DNA from: Candidatus Iainarchaeum sp.
GTDB lineage: Archaea > Iainarchaeota > Iainarchaeia > Iainarchaeales > JAXPJC01
Assembly: GCA_016187745.1 (NCBI GenBank)
Contig: JACPJC010000003.1
Location: 56,393 to 120,392 of the forward strand
Length of the DNA stretch: 64,000 bases
Direction: 5' to 3'
Position numbers and translations under genes: made by a program. A model generated the notes under the pieces. That model did no database searches, was not told where the DNA came from, and worked only from the letters and a program-made list of their open reading frames with translations. Positions 27,068 through 37,344 of the stretch are shown here, piece after piece. Position 1 is the stretch's first letter. Each line of letters begins with the position of its first letter.

Positions 27068-27907
27068 ATGCGCCTTGCAATTATCGGCTCAACCAGCAGC
27101 TATGGCTCGAAGCGCATCCTTGAGGAGGCGCAGAAGCGCAGGCATTATGCTGAATTGATTGCTATTGATGATGTGTTGAATAAAACAAAAAGCCTTTCCG
27201 AATTTGATGCAGCGCTTTTTTACGGAATCAGCCTGCACCCAAAAGAGGCAAGCGAAATGGCTGCGCGCTTGCTCAAAAACAAAAAAACTGTTGTTGATGA
27301 GGTTATTGCAGGGGGAATTTTGAACAACAAAATGAACACATGCGGGAAAATGCAGGGCGTAAATATCCCCTATCCGAAATCATTTGAATTTGACAATTTG
27401 CAGGACGCGATAAGGAAAATCGCGCAGCTTGACTTTCCCATTGTGATAAAGCCGCTTGACGGGAGGAAGGGAAGGGGCATTGAGGTGTTTGACTGCATGG
27501 AGGAAGCCGCAGTTTATCTCTCAAGGAACGGAACTGAGAACAAAATGGCGCAGGAATTCATCCCCAATGCGGGGAATGACATAAGGGTAATTGCAATCGG
27601 CGGAAAGGCGCTTGGCGCAATCAGGAGGATTGCAAAGAGGGGGGAATTCCGCGCAAATATCGCATTGGGCGCAAGCGCAGAGAAAACAGAACTCACAAAT
27701 GAGCTGAAAACCATTGCGGAAAAGGCAGCGCAGGCAATGCATTATGAATTTGCAGGCATTGACATAATTGAGGATGCGCATACCGGCAAGTTATTTGTCC
27801 TTGAAGTGAACAGGAGCCCGCAGTTTGAGGCATTTGAGAAATGCACAAAAATCAATGTCGCGGGGGAGCTGGTAAAGTATATTGAAGGAAAATGCGTGAA
27901 AAATTAG
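27068..27907 (+). CDS. RimK/LysX family ATP-grasp ligase
   Basis: VIKPLDGRKGRGI, QEFI, DIRV, FRANIALG, GIDI, LEVNRSP. Confidence 0.9.
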   Translation: MRLAIIGSTSSYGSKRILEEAQKRRHYAELIAIDDVLNKTKSLSEFDAALFYGISLHPKEASEMAARLLKNKKTVVDEVIAGGILNNKMNTCGKMQGVNIPYPKSFEFDNLQDAIRKIAQLDFPIVIKPLDGRKGRGIEVFDCMEEAAVYLSRNGTENKMAQEFIPNAGNDIRVIAIGGKALGAIRRIAKRGEFRANIALGASAEKTELTNELKTIAEKAAQAMHYEFAGIDIIEDAHTGKLFVLEVNRSPQFEAFEKCTKINVAGELVKYIEGKCVKN

Positions 27908-28503
27908 CTCTTTAATTTTATTGCAATTATTCGCATCGGTTTTACTTTATCTTTTAGTTCTGGATTTTTTTCTAAATAGTTTGAAATCTTCCCAAGAAAT
28001 GTTGTTCTACTGAATTTTGTTTCGGATAATGGTTTTATAGTATAACTGAAGCCTGATGCATTAAGAATTTCTTGCGTAGGCCGGAGATTGTCATTATATT
28101 CAGTAATAACGAATCTGCCGTTTGGAACTAAAATTCTTTTAATCTGTTTTGCTACTTCTATTCTTTGATTTTGGAACTCTTTTTCAAAAAATGTGCTTCG
28201 CCAACCAAGAACAGATGGATCAAACCCCCCAACTTTGAATTCGGTAAATAAAAAATCAGCAGTAATAATTTTTACTGATTCTGAAGGTAATCTTCTTAAT
28301 TTATTTAGGGCATCCCCCCATACCAATTTTAGATTATGCCTCCTCGTCATTAGTCCTTTTTGCTTTGTCCATTCTATTCCCATAAATTTTTTGTTTTTAT
28401 GCTGCCTTTTGGAAGCGAAGTATGTCAATCCCTTGGCATCTTCAAAACCTAGGTCTAATAAATTAATGGTGGGTTTTGGGCATCGGCTTTTAGGTAGCGG
28501 CAT
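27904..28503 (-). CDS. class I SAM-dependent methyltransferase-like protein with basic N-terminus
   Basis: LLDLG motif I, GIE, WGDA, RILVPNGRFVI. Confidence 0.65.
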   Translation of the reverse strand: MPLPKSRCPKPTINLLDLGFEDAKGLTYFASKRQHKNKKFMGIEWTKQKGLMTRRHNLKLVWGDALNKLRRLPSESVKIITADFLFTEFKVGGFDPSVLGWRSTFFEKEFQNQRIEVAKQIKRILVPNGRFVITEYNDNLRPTQEILNASGFSYTIKPLSETKFSRTTFLGKISNYLEKNPELKDKVKPMRIIAIKLKS

Positions 28504-28533
28504 AGTAAAAATAAGGCATTCATAAATTAAAAT

Positions 28534-28965
28534 CTATTTATTTCTGAGTCTTTCCCTTATTTTTGAGCTCTTGTGCTCCTCGGGCTTGTAAGGCGCAATC
28601 CTCACTATTTCTGGATTGAGATGCAGTTTGTGCAGCTCGCTCCTCAGGAATTCATCGCTCGGCCTCTGGTCATATCCAAGCGCAATAATATCAGGGTTTA
28701 TTTTCTTGACTAACCTGTATTTATCCTCATAATTCTCATCGCCGAGAAGAGCCTTATCCACGAATTTCAGTTTTTTAACTTCCCTGAGCCTTTCCTTCTC
28801 GCTTTGCTTCGGGAGATAGCCCTTCGCGCGCCATACGTTCAAATCCCTGGCAACAATTACGGCCAGTCTATTTCCCAGTTTTTTTGCCTCGCGCAAATAA
28901 AATTCATGCCCCTTGTGCAATAGGTCAAATGTGCCGAATGCCAGCACTTTAATGCTCTTTCGCAT
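28534..28965 (-). CDS. ribL: archaeal FAD synthase (cytidylyltransferase family)
   Basis: AFGTFDLLHKGH, VIVARD, PDIIALGYDQ, KSSKI. Confidence 0.8.
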   Translation of the reverse strand: MRKSIKVLAFGTFDLLHKGHEFYLREAKKLGNRLAVIVARDLNVWRAKGYLPKQSEKERLREVKKLKFVDKALLGDENYEDKYRLVKKINPDIIALGYDQRPSDEFLRSELHKLHLNPEIVRIAPYKPEEHKSSKIRERLRNK

Positions 28966-28996
28966 ATTCCCAAAATAATTATGAACGTGCGCTTTT

Positions 28997-29263
28997 TTAT
29001 CCATAAGCGTCGTCATGGTGCTTGAGCTTTACAAGAACAACTGCGCCCTCCTGCTCTTTTATGCCATAAAGCAGGACAAAGCTTTTCATGATGTGGACCC
29101 TTCTCAGGCCCTGCAGCGGGCTGCGCAGCGGCTTGAATCTGAATGGATTTTGGAGAATTTCTTCAGCTTTGCTGTCAATCGCCTTTTTAAATTCGGGATT
29201 CTTCCTGGCTAATTTCCTATACGCTTTGTCAAACTCACTTGTGGTTTCAAGTGCAAAAGCCAT
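28997..29263 (-). CDS. relE: RelE/StbE family toxin
   Basis: FDKAYRKL, NPFRFKPLRSPLQGLRRVHI.KSFVLLY, HHDDAY. Confidence 0.85.
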   Translation of the reverse strand: MAFALETTSEFDKAYRKLARKNPEFKKAIDSKAEEILQNPFRFKPLRSPLQGLRRVHIMKSFVLLYGIKEQEGAVVLVKLKHHDDAYG

Positions 29264-29268
29264 CAGAA

Positions 29269-29574
29269 TCACTTTAACAGTTCATCAAGGCTTTTGATTC
29301 TCTTGGGCCTGCTTTTGCTTGCCTGCATGGCTTCCTTGACAAACTCGGGCTTATAATTCATTTCATCAACGGGGTGCCAGTCAATTTCATCCATCCAATC
29401 CCACTCCTCTTCAGTTATGGGCTTTCTCTCCATGTACTTCTGCAGTATTTCCAGTTTTTTCATCCGTTTGGCTTCCTTCCTTATGGCTTCCCTGGCTATT
29501 TCCGTCCATTTGATCTGCCTGTGGCTTTTAACCAAAGTTTCCAATTCCCCGCTGACAGATAAAGTAATGTTCAT
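29269..29574 (-). CDS. RHH antitoxin
   Basis: MNITLSV...IKWTEIAREAI; C-terminal SLDELL; immediately upstream of relE. Confidence 0.75.
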   Translation of the reverse strand: MNITLSVSGELETLVKSHRQIKWTEIAREAIRKEAKRMKKLEILQKYMERKPITEEEWDWMDEIDWHPVDEMNYKPEFVKEAMQASKSRPKRIKSLDELLK

Positions 29575-29590
29575 CTTGAATCACAATAAA

Positions 29591-29605
29591 TATGTGAATC
29601 ACATA
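29591..29605. promoter_or_regulatory. palindromic operator of the relBE-like operon
   Basis: TATGTGA-A-TCACATA between the TATA box (~29608-29615) and the start codon. Confidence 0.5.
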
Positions 29606-29717
29606 ATATTTAAATATATGTTTAAAGGCGCATGGCGCTTATGGATTTCTGCGGTTTTTCGCCAGCAATAAACCTATAAATATAGTATGAATACTAATAT
29701 TGGCAAGTTGTGATTTA

Positions 29718-30695
29718 ATGGCTAAATTAACCCCAGAAGAGCGCATGGAAATCATAAGGCGCAATTCCGCCGAGATAGTTACGGAAGAGGAGGTTGCGCA
29801 ATTATTGCAGGGAAAGAAGAAGCCTGTTGCCTATTGCGGATATGAGCCTTCCGGGGAGCTGCACATAGGGCACCTGGTAACGCTTCTCAAGCTGCTTGAT
29901 ATGGAAAAGGCAGGCTTCCAGGTGAAGGTTCTTCTTGCGGACTGGCACGCATGGCTGAATAAAAAAGGCGACTGGAAAACAATCCATGAAAGCGCAAAAT
30001 TATACGAAAAGGCGTGCAGGAAAATCGGCTTCAGGAATGCAAAATTCTTCCTCGGGAGCAAATTCCAGAGAAAGCAGAATTACATTGATGATGTTTTCAT
30101 GCTTGCGCTCCATACCACAATCAACAGGGGCCTGAGAAGCATGCAGGAAGTGGCGCGCGATGTGGAAAACGCAACAATCTCCCAGACGCTTTATCCCCTG
30201 ATGCAGATTGCGGACATAAAATACCTTGGGGCGGATGTTGCCGAAGCCGGGCTGGAGCAGAGGAAAATTCACATGCTTGCCCGCGAGACGCTTGAGCTTA
30301 TAAAATACAGGAAGCCCGCGTTTGTTCACACCCCCCTGATAAATTCATTGCAAGGGCCTGGCGCAAAAATGTCAAGCTCTGTGCCTGAAAGCTTCATTTC
30401 TGTAAGAGACAGCGCGGAGGAAATAAAAAACAAGATAAACAAGGCATTCTGCCCCGAAGGCATAATTGAAAACAACCCCGTGCTTGAAATAACAAAGCTG
30501 ATTGTTTTCCCGAAAATTACACTGCTTGAGATAAACAGGCCCGAGAAGTTCGGGGGCGCTGTTTCCTTCGGCAGCTATGAGGCGCTGGAAAAGGCGTTTG
30601 CGAACAAGGAGCTCCATCCGATGGACCTGAAGAGTGCTGTTGCGGAAAAGCTTGCTGAGATTTTAGAACCAATACGAAGGGAATTCAAAAAGTAA
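29718..30695 (+). CDS. tyrS: tyrosyl-tRNA synthetase (archaeal type)
   Basis: YCGYEPSGELHIGH, ADWHA, YPLMQIAD, EQRKIH, KMSSS. Confidence 0.95.
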   Translation: MAKLTPEERMEIIRRNSAEIVTEEEVAQLLQGKKKPVAYCGYEPSGELHIGHLVTLLKLLDMEKAGFQVKVLLADWHAWLNKKGDWKTIHESAKLYEKACRKIGFRNAKFFLGSKFQRKQNYIDDVFMLALHTTINRGLRSMQEVARDVENATISQTLYPLMQIADIKYLGADVAEAGLEQRKIHMLARETLELIKYRKPAFVHTPLINSLQGPGAKMSSSVPESFISVRDSAEEIKNKINKAFCPEGIIENNPVLEITKLIVFPKITLLEINRPEKFGGAVSFGSYEALEKAFANKELHPMDLKSAVAEKLAEILEPIRREFKK

Positions 30696-30973
30696 TGGGG
30701 ATGAATATGGGAAGAAAGGGGCCGGGCTCAAAGAGATTTGTTTCAGGGACGCAGCTGTTTATGGATAAGCCGGAGTGGAAACCCAAATTCGGGGAACAGC
30801 AGGAAACATTTATCAGAAGGGTTTTTAGGAAAATGAGGGACCCGTACAAGGTTGCGGAAGTCGCCCGCAAGCGCGGGACAAGATTAAGGGAAGGCAGGCT
30901 TAGAAGAATGGTTAAAAGAAGGCCCGTGGAAGGCGGTTCTCGAGCAAATCTGCGCAGACCCCAGACTAATTAA
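30695..30973 (+). CDS. small Arg/Lys-rich hypothetical protein
   Basis: TAATG coupling to tyrS; highly basic. Confidence 0.5.
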   Translation: MGMNMGRKGPGSKRFVSGTQLFMDKPEWKPKFGEQQETFIRRVFRKMRDPYKVAEVARKRGTRLREGRLRRMVKRRPVEGGSRANLRRPQTN

Positions 30974-31037
30974 ACTTAATTCTGCAAAAGTAAAACTTTA
31001 TATATCCCTTAATCCCTTAATTAAAGCATTTGAGAAT

Positions 31038-31679
31038 ATGAATCCGCTTAATTTCCTGATAAAGCCTCGCGCAGAAATAGACAGGGCATTTGAAAAGCCG
31101 AATATCGGGCTTGCGGCAATACTTGTGGTTCTGCCGAGCATAATTGCATATGCCGCGCTTGCCTTGCTGATTGGCTTCAATCCCGTGTCATTTTCCCTGC
31201 AGCTTATTTATGATTTGGTGTTTTGGGTAATTGCAGGCGCGATAATCTATGTTGCTGCTGCAATACTGCACAGCAGGAAGGGGAGAAAATTCAAGAACGT
31301 ATGCACAGCGCTTGCGCTCTTCAAGACAATTTCAATAATCCTCCTTGTGCTGTTCTTTATAGTGCTGCTTGTGGGAATCCCAAACTTCCTGCCGGCGCTC
31401 AATGACTTAAGCTTAAACCAGACAACAAGCGATTTCCTTACTGGAAAAATAAGCCAGGCAGGGTATGCGGGGAAATTCGCGCTGTTTTTGGTCCAGTCAA
31501 CAGCCGGAGCAAACTTTCCTGTAATAATGCTTCTTTTTGCGCTCATGGCAATTGCGCTGCTTTACGCATTCTATCTGCTTTATGTGTTCAATTCGGAAGT
31601 TTTCGGATATGCATTCATTGGGAGCCTCATAATAACGCTTATACTCTATCTCCCGGTGATTTTCCTGCTTGTTTTCTGA
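31038..31679 (+). CDS. Yip1-like multi-pass membrane protein
   Basis: LIKPR..F..P N-terminus followed by about 5 TM helices. Confidence 0.65.
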   Translation: MNPLNFLIKPRAEIDRAFEKPNIGLAAILVVLPSIIAYAALALLIGFNPVSFSLQLIYDLVFWVIAGAIIYVAAAILHSRKGRKFKNVCTALALFKTISIILLVLFFIVLLVGIPNFLPALNDLSLNQTTSDFLTGKISQAGYAGKFALFLVQSTAGANFPVIMLLFALMAIALLYAFYLLYVFNSEVFGYAFIGSLIITLILYLPVIFLLVF

Positions 31680-31738
31680 ATTCTCCATTAAATTGTTCCA
31701 ATCGCGCGGTCGGCCGGATGTTGAGGCAAAGTGGCGGC

Positions 31739-32161
31739 CTATACCGGCTTCCTTAATTTATAAAATAACTCTTGAATCGACCTGATTTTATATTTTTCCC
31801 CATAGTCCCTCATAATGCCCGATTCCCATTCAGTTATTGCTTTCAAGCGCACGTATGCGCTTGCATATGCCCTTCGCCGCATTTCTTTATCGCCTGCAAC
31901 AAATGCTATTTGGTTTGGCAAGCGGTGAAGCAGCTCACTTTGCTCAGCTTTTATTTTAAGTATTTCCGACATTCTCTCGCTCAATCCTTCCGGGCTGCGG
32001 TTTTTGATTAGGTCAGTTTCAGGGAATTTCGAGAGGTTTATCTTCTCAGGCGCAAATCCTTCCGGAAAGAGCCACACTGTTGTGAACTTTCCATACGGGG
32101 TTCTGCGTATCTTGGCCGGCTTATTGAAATCAGTGCGCTTGCTAAAAGGAAGTTCCGGCAT
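31739..32161 (-). CDS. hypothetical protein (MP/basic N-terminus)
   Basis: 140-aa ORF, TATA box 22 nt upstream. Confidence 0.6.
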   Translation of the reverse strand: MPELPFSKRTDFNKPAKIRRTPYGKFTTVWLFPEGFAPEKINLSKFPETDLIKNRSPEGLSERMSEILKIKAEQSELLHRLPNQIAFVAGDKEMRRRAYASAYVRLKAITEWESGIMRDYGEKYKIRSIQELFYKLRKPV

Positions 32162-32183
32162 ACTAATATTTGATAAATCCCAA

Positions 32184-32193
32184 TATTTAAATA
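32184..32193. promoter_or_regulatory. palindromic TATA box serving two divergent leaderless genes
   Basis: TATTTAAATA lies 22 nt from ATG 32161(-) and 21 nt from ATG 32215(+). Confidence 0.6.
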
Positions 32194-32214
32194 CTTCCCC
32201 TCAATTAATCAATA

Positions 32215-32856
32215 ATGCCTATGCGCCCGGTAAAAGGAAGCCAACAGCCGCAATTGGAATTTAAATTTGCCAGAAGGATGCCTGGCGCCACTTCAGGGAT
32301 GCAAAAGCCAAAGCGCATTCCCAAGAACAAAAGAAAGTATTATACCAGGCAGATGGAGGAATATATTTCGAGCTTGTTGGATTCGGAAAATCCGCAAAAA
32401 AGGCCGATTGACCGGCAATTAAGATTTACCTTTGCAGATATAAAACAGTTCCCTAAAGGCATAAAGCCCCTTTCAGAAATATCTATTGAAGAGGCGCACA
32501 TGGACAAAAGAGATTTTGCAAAAGTAAAAATTGGCAAAGAGAATTACTTCTTTCTGCCTAAAGGCCTGAATGAATTGTACAAGCGGGACATTGTGCGGGA
32601 CATTGCGACATTGTTTGATGAGGTAAATGCGCTTGTTGCCGAAGGCAAAATAGATGTGGGGCATGTTGCAAAAGACAGCATACCGCCGGTGCTTCATGCC
32701 GTTGAACCAAGGGTTCTGGAGCTTTCACAGAAAAAACTCCCCTCCCTAACAAGAAATGAGCAAAAAACATTGCAAATTGCAAACGCTTTCCTGAGAAGAG
32801 CATTGCCATTGCCGCGAAAAAGCTGGCGCGGGCAATATCCTGCGGGGGCGAGATGA
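32215..32856 (+). CDS. hypothetical protein (MP/basic N-terminus)
   Basis: 213-aa ORF overlapping the cysS start (ATGA). Confidence 0.6.
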   Translation: MPMRPVKGSQQPQLEFKFARRMPGATSGMQKPKRIPKNKRKYYTRQMEEYISSLLDSENPQKRPIDRQLRFTFADIKQFPKGIKPLSEISIEEAHMDKRDFAKVKIGKENYFFLPKGLNELYKRDIVRDIATLFDEVNALVAEGKIDVGHVAKDSIPPVLHAVEPRVLELSQKKLPSLTRNEQKTLQIANAFLRRALPLPRKSWRGQYPAGAR

Positions 32857-34253
32857 TGGCTCTTAAATTCTTCAACACGCTTTCAAGGCGCAAGGAAACC
32901 TTCAAGCCCCTTAAGGGAAAGGAGGTGCGCATGTACACCTGCGGCCCCACAGTTTATGATTATGCGCACATTGGGAATTTCCGCGCATATGTGTGGGAGG
33001 ACATTCTGAGGCGCTATCTGAAATACAGGGGCTTCAGGGTGAAGCAGGTAATGAACCTTACGGATGTTGATGACAAGACCATAAAGGGCGCGCATGCGCA
33101 GGGGATTCCGCTGCAGGATTTCACTTCAAAATACAAAAAGGCGTTTTTCGGGGACATTGCAAAACTGAATATTGAAAAGGCGGAAATCTATCCTTCAGCC
33201 ACAGAGCACATAAATGAAATGGTCGCGCTCATACAGAAACTGCTCAGGAAGAAAATTGCATATAAGGGAGAGGATGGCAGCATTTACTACAACATCAAAA
33301 AGTTCAAAAATTACGGGAAACTGAGCAAATTCAGATTGCGCAAGCTGATTGCGGGAAAAAGGGTTAAGCAGGATGAGTACGCAAAGGAGGTCGCAAGCGA
33401 TTTTGCATTGTGGAAGGCGTGGGATTCTGCAGACGGGGATGTTTTCTGGGAAACTCCCCTTGGGAAGGGCAGGCCGGGCTGGCACATCGAGTGCAGCGCA
33501 ATGAGCATGAAATATCTGGGGGAAACATTTGACATTCACACTGGCGGAATAGACAACATGTTCCCGCATCACGAGAATGAAATTGCGCAGAGCGAGGCCG
33601 CAACAGGAAAGAAATTTGTTAAATGCTGGATGCACTGCAGGCATCTGCTGGTAGAGAATAAAAAAATGTCAAAGAGCCTCGGAAACTTTTATGCGCTGAG
33701 AGACCTGCAGAATTATGATGCAAGCGCAATCCGCTATCTGCTCCTGGCAACGCACTACAGGAAGGAGCTGAATTTCACGCTGCAGGGCCTTGAAGGCGCA
33801 AAGAACATAATCAATCATTTCAATGAAACCATAAGGAGATTGCAAAATGCTGCGGGAAAAGAAAATAAAAATATGCAAAAATTAATCAGGGAAATAAAAG
33901 CTGAATTTGAGAGTGCGATGGATGATGACCTGGACATTACAAAGGCGCTTTCAGCGCTCTCCGGGTTTGAGAAGCAGATAAATAAGGCAATTGATGCGGG
34001 CGAATTAAGCGGAAATAATGCAAAAGAGGCTATTGAATTTTTGCGGGGGATTGATTCTGTGCTGGGAATAATGAAATTTGAATCTGGGGAACTCAAACTG
34101 GGCGCGGAAGTGGAAAGACTGATTGAAGAAAGGGAAAATGCAAGAAAGGAAAAGAACTTCGCAAGGGCCGACGAGATACGCGCAAAGCTGAAGGAACTGG
34201 GCTATGCGCTTGATGACACCCCTGAAGGCGCAAAAGCAAGGAAAATTGCATAA
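32853..34253 (+). CDS. cysS: cysteinyl-tRNA synthetase
   Basis: YTCGPTVYD.AHIGN, GRPGWHIECSAM, FPHHENE, KMSKS. Confidence 0.95.
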   Translation: MMALKFFNTLSRRKETFKPLKGKEVRMYTCGPTVYDYAHIGNFRAYVWEDILRRYLKYRGFRVKQVMNLTDVDDKTIKGAHAQGIPLQDFTSKYKKAFFGDIAKLNIEKAEIYPSATEHINEMVALIQKLLRKKIAYKGEDGSIYYNIKKFKNYGKLSKFRLRKLIAGKRVKQDEYAKEVASDFALWKAWDSADGDVFWETPLGKGRPGWHIECSAMSMKYLGETFDIHTGGIDNMFPHHENEIAQSEAATGKKFVKCWMHCRHLLVENKKMSKSLGNFYALRDLQNYDASAIRYLLLATHYRKELNFTLQGLEGAKNIINHFNETIRRLQNAAGKENKNMQKLIREIKAEFESAMDDDLDITKALSALSGFEKQINKAIDAGELSGNNAKEAIEFLRGIDSVLGIMKFESGELKLGAEVERLIEERENARKEKNFARADEIRAKLKELGYALDDTPEGAKARKIA

Positions 34254-34292
34254 TCATTATAAATTGCAATATTCTATTCCTATTGTGGTTTT

Positions 34293-36038
34293 ATGGCTGC
34301 GGAATTTGCGCTTCTTCTGGATTTGGGGATAATCGCGATATTTGCGACAATTCTTGCGTATTTCAGCAGGCTCATAAGGCAGCCGATAATTGTCGCATAC
34401 ATAATTGCCGGGCTGATTATAGGGCCTATAGGCCTGGGGCTCATAACCGACAGCGTAAATATTGCAATCTTGTCAGAACTGGGAATCGCCTTCCTGCTTT
34501 TTACGATTGGAATAGAGACTGAAGTTTCAAAATTGCTGCGCATAGGAAAGACAATTGTGATTGGGGCAATGCTGCAGGTTGCTCTTACTGTATTTGCAGC
34601 ATTCGGGATGATGCAGTTCCTTGGAGTCGGCTTCATTGAGTCAATGTATGTCGCGCTTATTGTAGCGTTCAGCAGCACCGCAGTAATTGTAAAAATGCTT
34701 TCGGACATGAAGCAGATAAGCACGCTTCATGGGCGCTTATTGATAGGGTTTATGCTGATGCAGGATGTGCTGATAATCCTTGCAATGCCACTGCTTGCGA
34801 ACATAAGCAATATTGTTTCAGCTTCAATGCTTTTAAGGCTGGCAGGAAATGGCACAATTCTTCTGGTTCTCACGCTGATTGCGAACAAATTTGTTTTTCC
34901 CGCGCTTTTCAGGTATTCATCAAAATCCAAGAGCAGCGAGCTGCTGTTTTTAACTTCCCTATCCGCATGCTTCGCATTCATTGGCGCTGCGCTTGTGCTG
35001 AATTTCTCAATTGCCATTGGCGCGTTCCTTGCGGGAATTGCGCTTTCGGGGCTGCCATACACCTTTGAGGTGCTGAACAGCATAAAGGGATTGAGGGATT
35101 TTTTGGTTACTGTGTTTTTCGTTTCGCTGGGGATGCAGATTTCCTTGGGCTTTGCGGAATTCAACCTCGCATTAATAATTGCGGTTTTTATGCTGGTTAT
35201 TCTGCTCAAGCCCGCGCTTTTCTTCCTTGTTTCGCTGCTCGCAGGCTATGGATACAGGACCGGAATTTTTGTCGGGCTTGCAACAGCGCAGATTTCGGAA
35301 TTCTCATTCATAATTGCGGCTTCAGGGCTTGCGGGGGGATTGATTTCAGCAGACATGTTCTCGCTGCTGATTCTAGTAACGGCAGTTTCAATGGCGCTTA
35401 CCCCATACCTGATGAAATATTCAGAGAACATTTACCTTGCGCTGGGAAGAATATTCCGGAAATTCAGGCCGGTTATTGAGCGCGCATTCCTCAACAGGAG
35501 CATTTCAGAACTTGAAAACCTCCCTGAAAAGGAGCTTAATGGGCACATCATTGTTGTTGGAGCGGGCGCGCTCGGAAGCAATATTGCAAGCGCACTGCAG
35601 AATTCCCAGAAAGTAGTTGTAATTGACCATGACCCTGAAGTTGTGTTCGGGCACATAAGCAGGAAATTCTATGCGATTTACGGGAATGTTGAAAGTTCGG
35701 AGCTCTGGGAAAAGGCAAATCTTGAAAAGGCAAGGCTGCTTGCAATAACAATCCCGGATTTTGAGCGCGCGCTTTTCCTCGTGCAATATGCGAGAAAAAT
35801 AAACAAAAACATTGCAATAATTGCAAGGGCGCATTATTACGATGAGGCGCTGGAGCTTTACAACAAGGGGGCGGATCTGGTAATAATGCCCGAAATAATA
35901 AGCAGCAATGTTTTCCTGCAGAACATTTCTAAATTCCTTGAATCCGGGAAAAGGAATGCGCTTACGCACATGCAGGAGGAGTACATAGAATTCCTGGAAG
36001 AGAAGGCCGCAGAGCAGAAAAGGGCATTTAAATTATAA
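34293..36038 (+). CDS. CPA2/Kef-type cation:proton antiporter with TrkA-N domain
   Basis: Many TM helices, SSTA, QD, SEFSF; C-terminal IVVGAGALG Rossmann fold. Confidence 0.9.
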   Translation: MAAEFALLLDLGIIAIFATILAYFSRLIRQPIIVAYIIAGLIIGPIGLGLITDSVNIAILSELGIAFLLFTIGIETEVSKLLRIGKTIVIGAMLQVALTVFAAFGMMQFLGVGFIESMYVALIVAFSSTAVIVKMLSDMKQISTLHGRLLIGFMLMQDVLIILAMPLLANISNIVSASMLLRLAGNGTILLVLTLIANKFVFPALFRYSSKSKSSELLFLTSLSACFAFIGAALVLNFSIAIGAFLAGIALSGLPYTFEVLNSIKGLRDFLVTVFFVSLGMQISLGFAEFNLALIIAVFMLVILLKPALFFLVSLLAGYGYRTGIFVGLATAQISEFSFIIAASGLAGGLISADMFSLLILVTAVSMALTPYLMKYSENIYLALGRIFRKFRPVIERAFLNRSISELENLPEKELNGHIIVVGAGALGSNIASALQNSQKVVVIDHDPEVVFGHISRKFYAIYGNVESSELWEKANLEKARLLAITIPDFERALFLVQYARKINKNIAIIARAHYYDEALELYNKGADLVIMPEIISSNVFLQNISKFLESGKRNALTHMQEEYIEFLEEKAAEQKRAFKL

Positions 36039-36324
36039 TTTTATCATGCAGGCACCACAGCCATAATTTTTCCATTTTCATCACAGCCCTAAGCAGAAAG
36101 CCATGCTCATAATCCTCATGCAAATGCCGCAGATATTCCCCTGCGCCTTCTTTCCCGAATTTTTTTCTCACAAGCGGCAGGAATTTTTGCACATTTGAGG
36201 GCGCATGCCTTGAGAGCATTTCCCCATAGCTCAGATCTTTGCCATCAAGCCATTCGTGCAGCGCCCTGTGGGAATTCCCGGTGCGCCTGATGCTTGATCC
36301 AATATGCTCTTCAATCGTTCCCAT
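36028..36324 (-). CDS. small His-rich hypothetical protein
   Basis: EEH, LHEWLD, RH and HLHED motifs; cotranscribed with the hemerythrin gene. Confidence 0.55.
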   Translation of the reverse strand: MGTIEEHIGSSIRRTGNSHRALHEWLDGKDLSYGEMLSRHAPSNVQKFLPLVRKKFGKEGAGEYLRHLHEDYEHGFLLRAVMKMEKLWLWCLHDKIII

Positions 36325-36328
36325 TCTC

Positions 36329-37333
36329 TCAGCAGACCAAAAGTTTAGGGGTGAAACAGCAGTAGCCTATCCTGTCGCAGCGCTTCTTTATTTCCGCCCA
36401 CTTCTCATTCGGAATTGCCTGCAATGCCATCGGATACAATATGTTATCTTCCTTGTAGATGTGGTTTGGGAGATTGCTTATGAGATATTCCGCAAGTTCT
36501 TGAACTTTGCTTATAAAATTAGAGTATTGCATTTCCTTCTTCGAGTTTGCAATTTCATGCAGTGCCTTTTTAACCGGCTTTATGTCATTGTGCTCCTCAA
36601 GCATTATTGCAGGGGGCTCTGAAACCCCGTGGCTTTCAAGCTCGGGAAAAAGCACCTTCTCCTCCCGCTCATGGTGCTTGTCGGCCTCAACCAAATGCCC
36701 CGCAATGTGCTTCAGCACCTCAATTTCTCCATGCGCATCATCAAAATTCTTTTTAGATTTCAATGCATTCAGCGTTTCCTGCAGCTTTTCAACAGAATCT
36801 AGAATCATTTTATGCTCTTCCATAAAAGTGTGTATCGGATGCCCCGGCTGAAGGCTTATGTGCGCCTTTTCAATGCCTTCCTTCATTATGTCAAGATGAA
36901 CATCGCAGAGCTTGCGCATTTCCTCCCTTGAAACCCCCTCTTTTATTATTTCCTGCTCTATCAGCCCCAAATCCGTCGGGGAAATTTCCTTGAATATTCT
37001 CCTGCCCCTTTCCTTTATTCTGCCAGCATCAGCCCCGGAGTGAAGTTCCTTCAAAAGCGCTTTTACCTCATCCTTTCTGCTCTCTTCAGCGCCTGTTGCT
37101 TTTATCCTTTTTATTTTTACAATCCAGTCGGCAGGGCCCTGCTTCTCATAAGCCCATTCAAACTGCCCGTTGTATTCCGCTTCCAGCATATAGCGCAATG
37201 GCTTTGGGTCATGGTCGTTTGTTATTCTGAGAGTTTCGCCAAGCGAAAGATTCCCAAGCATGTCAAAAATCTTTTCATGCCTCTCAGAGAGCAGCATGCC
37301 CCGCAGATCGAGATTCTTAATATTCCCTTTCAT
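36329..37333 (-). CDS. DUF2249 + DUF438 + hemerythrin domain protein
   Basis: LDLR..RH..NDHDPKPL; LCDVH; HPIHTFMEEH, HHEREE.VLFP, EEH, HIYKEDNILYP. Confidence 0.85.
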   Translation of the reverse strand: MKGNIKNLDLRGMLLSERHEKIFDMLGNLSLGETLRITNDHDPKPLRYMLEAEYNGQFEWAYEKQGPADWIVKIKRIKATGAEESRKDEVKALLKELHSGADAGRIKERGRRIFKEISPTDLGLIEQEIIKEGVSREEMRKLCDVHLDIMKEGIEKAHISLQPGHPIHTFMEEHKMILDSVEKLQETLNALKSKKNFDDAHGEIEVLKHIAGHLVEADKHHEREEKVLFPELESHGVSEPPAIMLEEHNDIKPVKKALHEIANSKKEMQYSNFISKVQELAEYLISNLPNHIYKEDNILYPMALQAIPNEKWAEIKKRCDRIGYCCFTPKLLVC

Positions 37334-37344
37334 GCAACGCCTCC

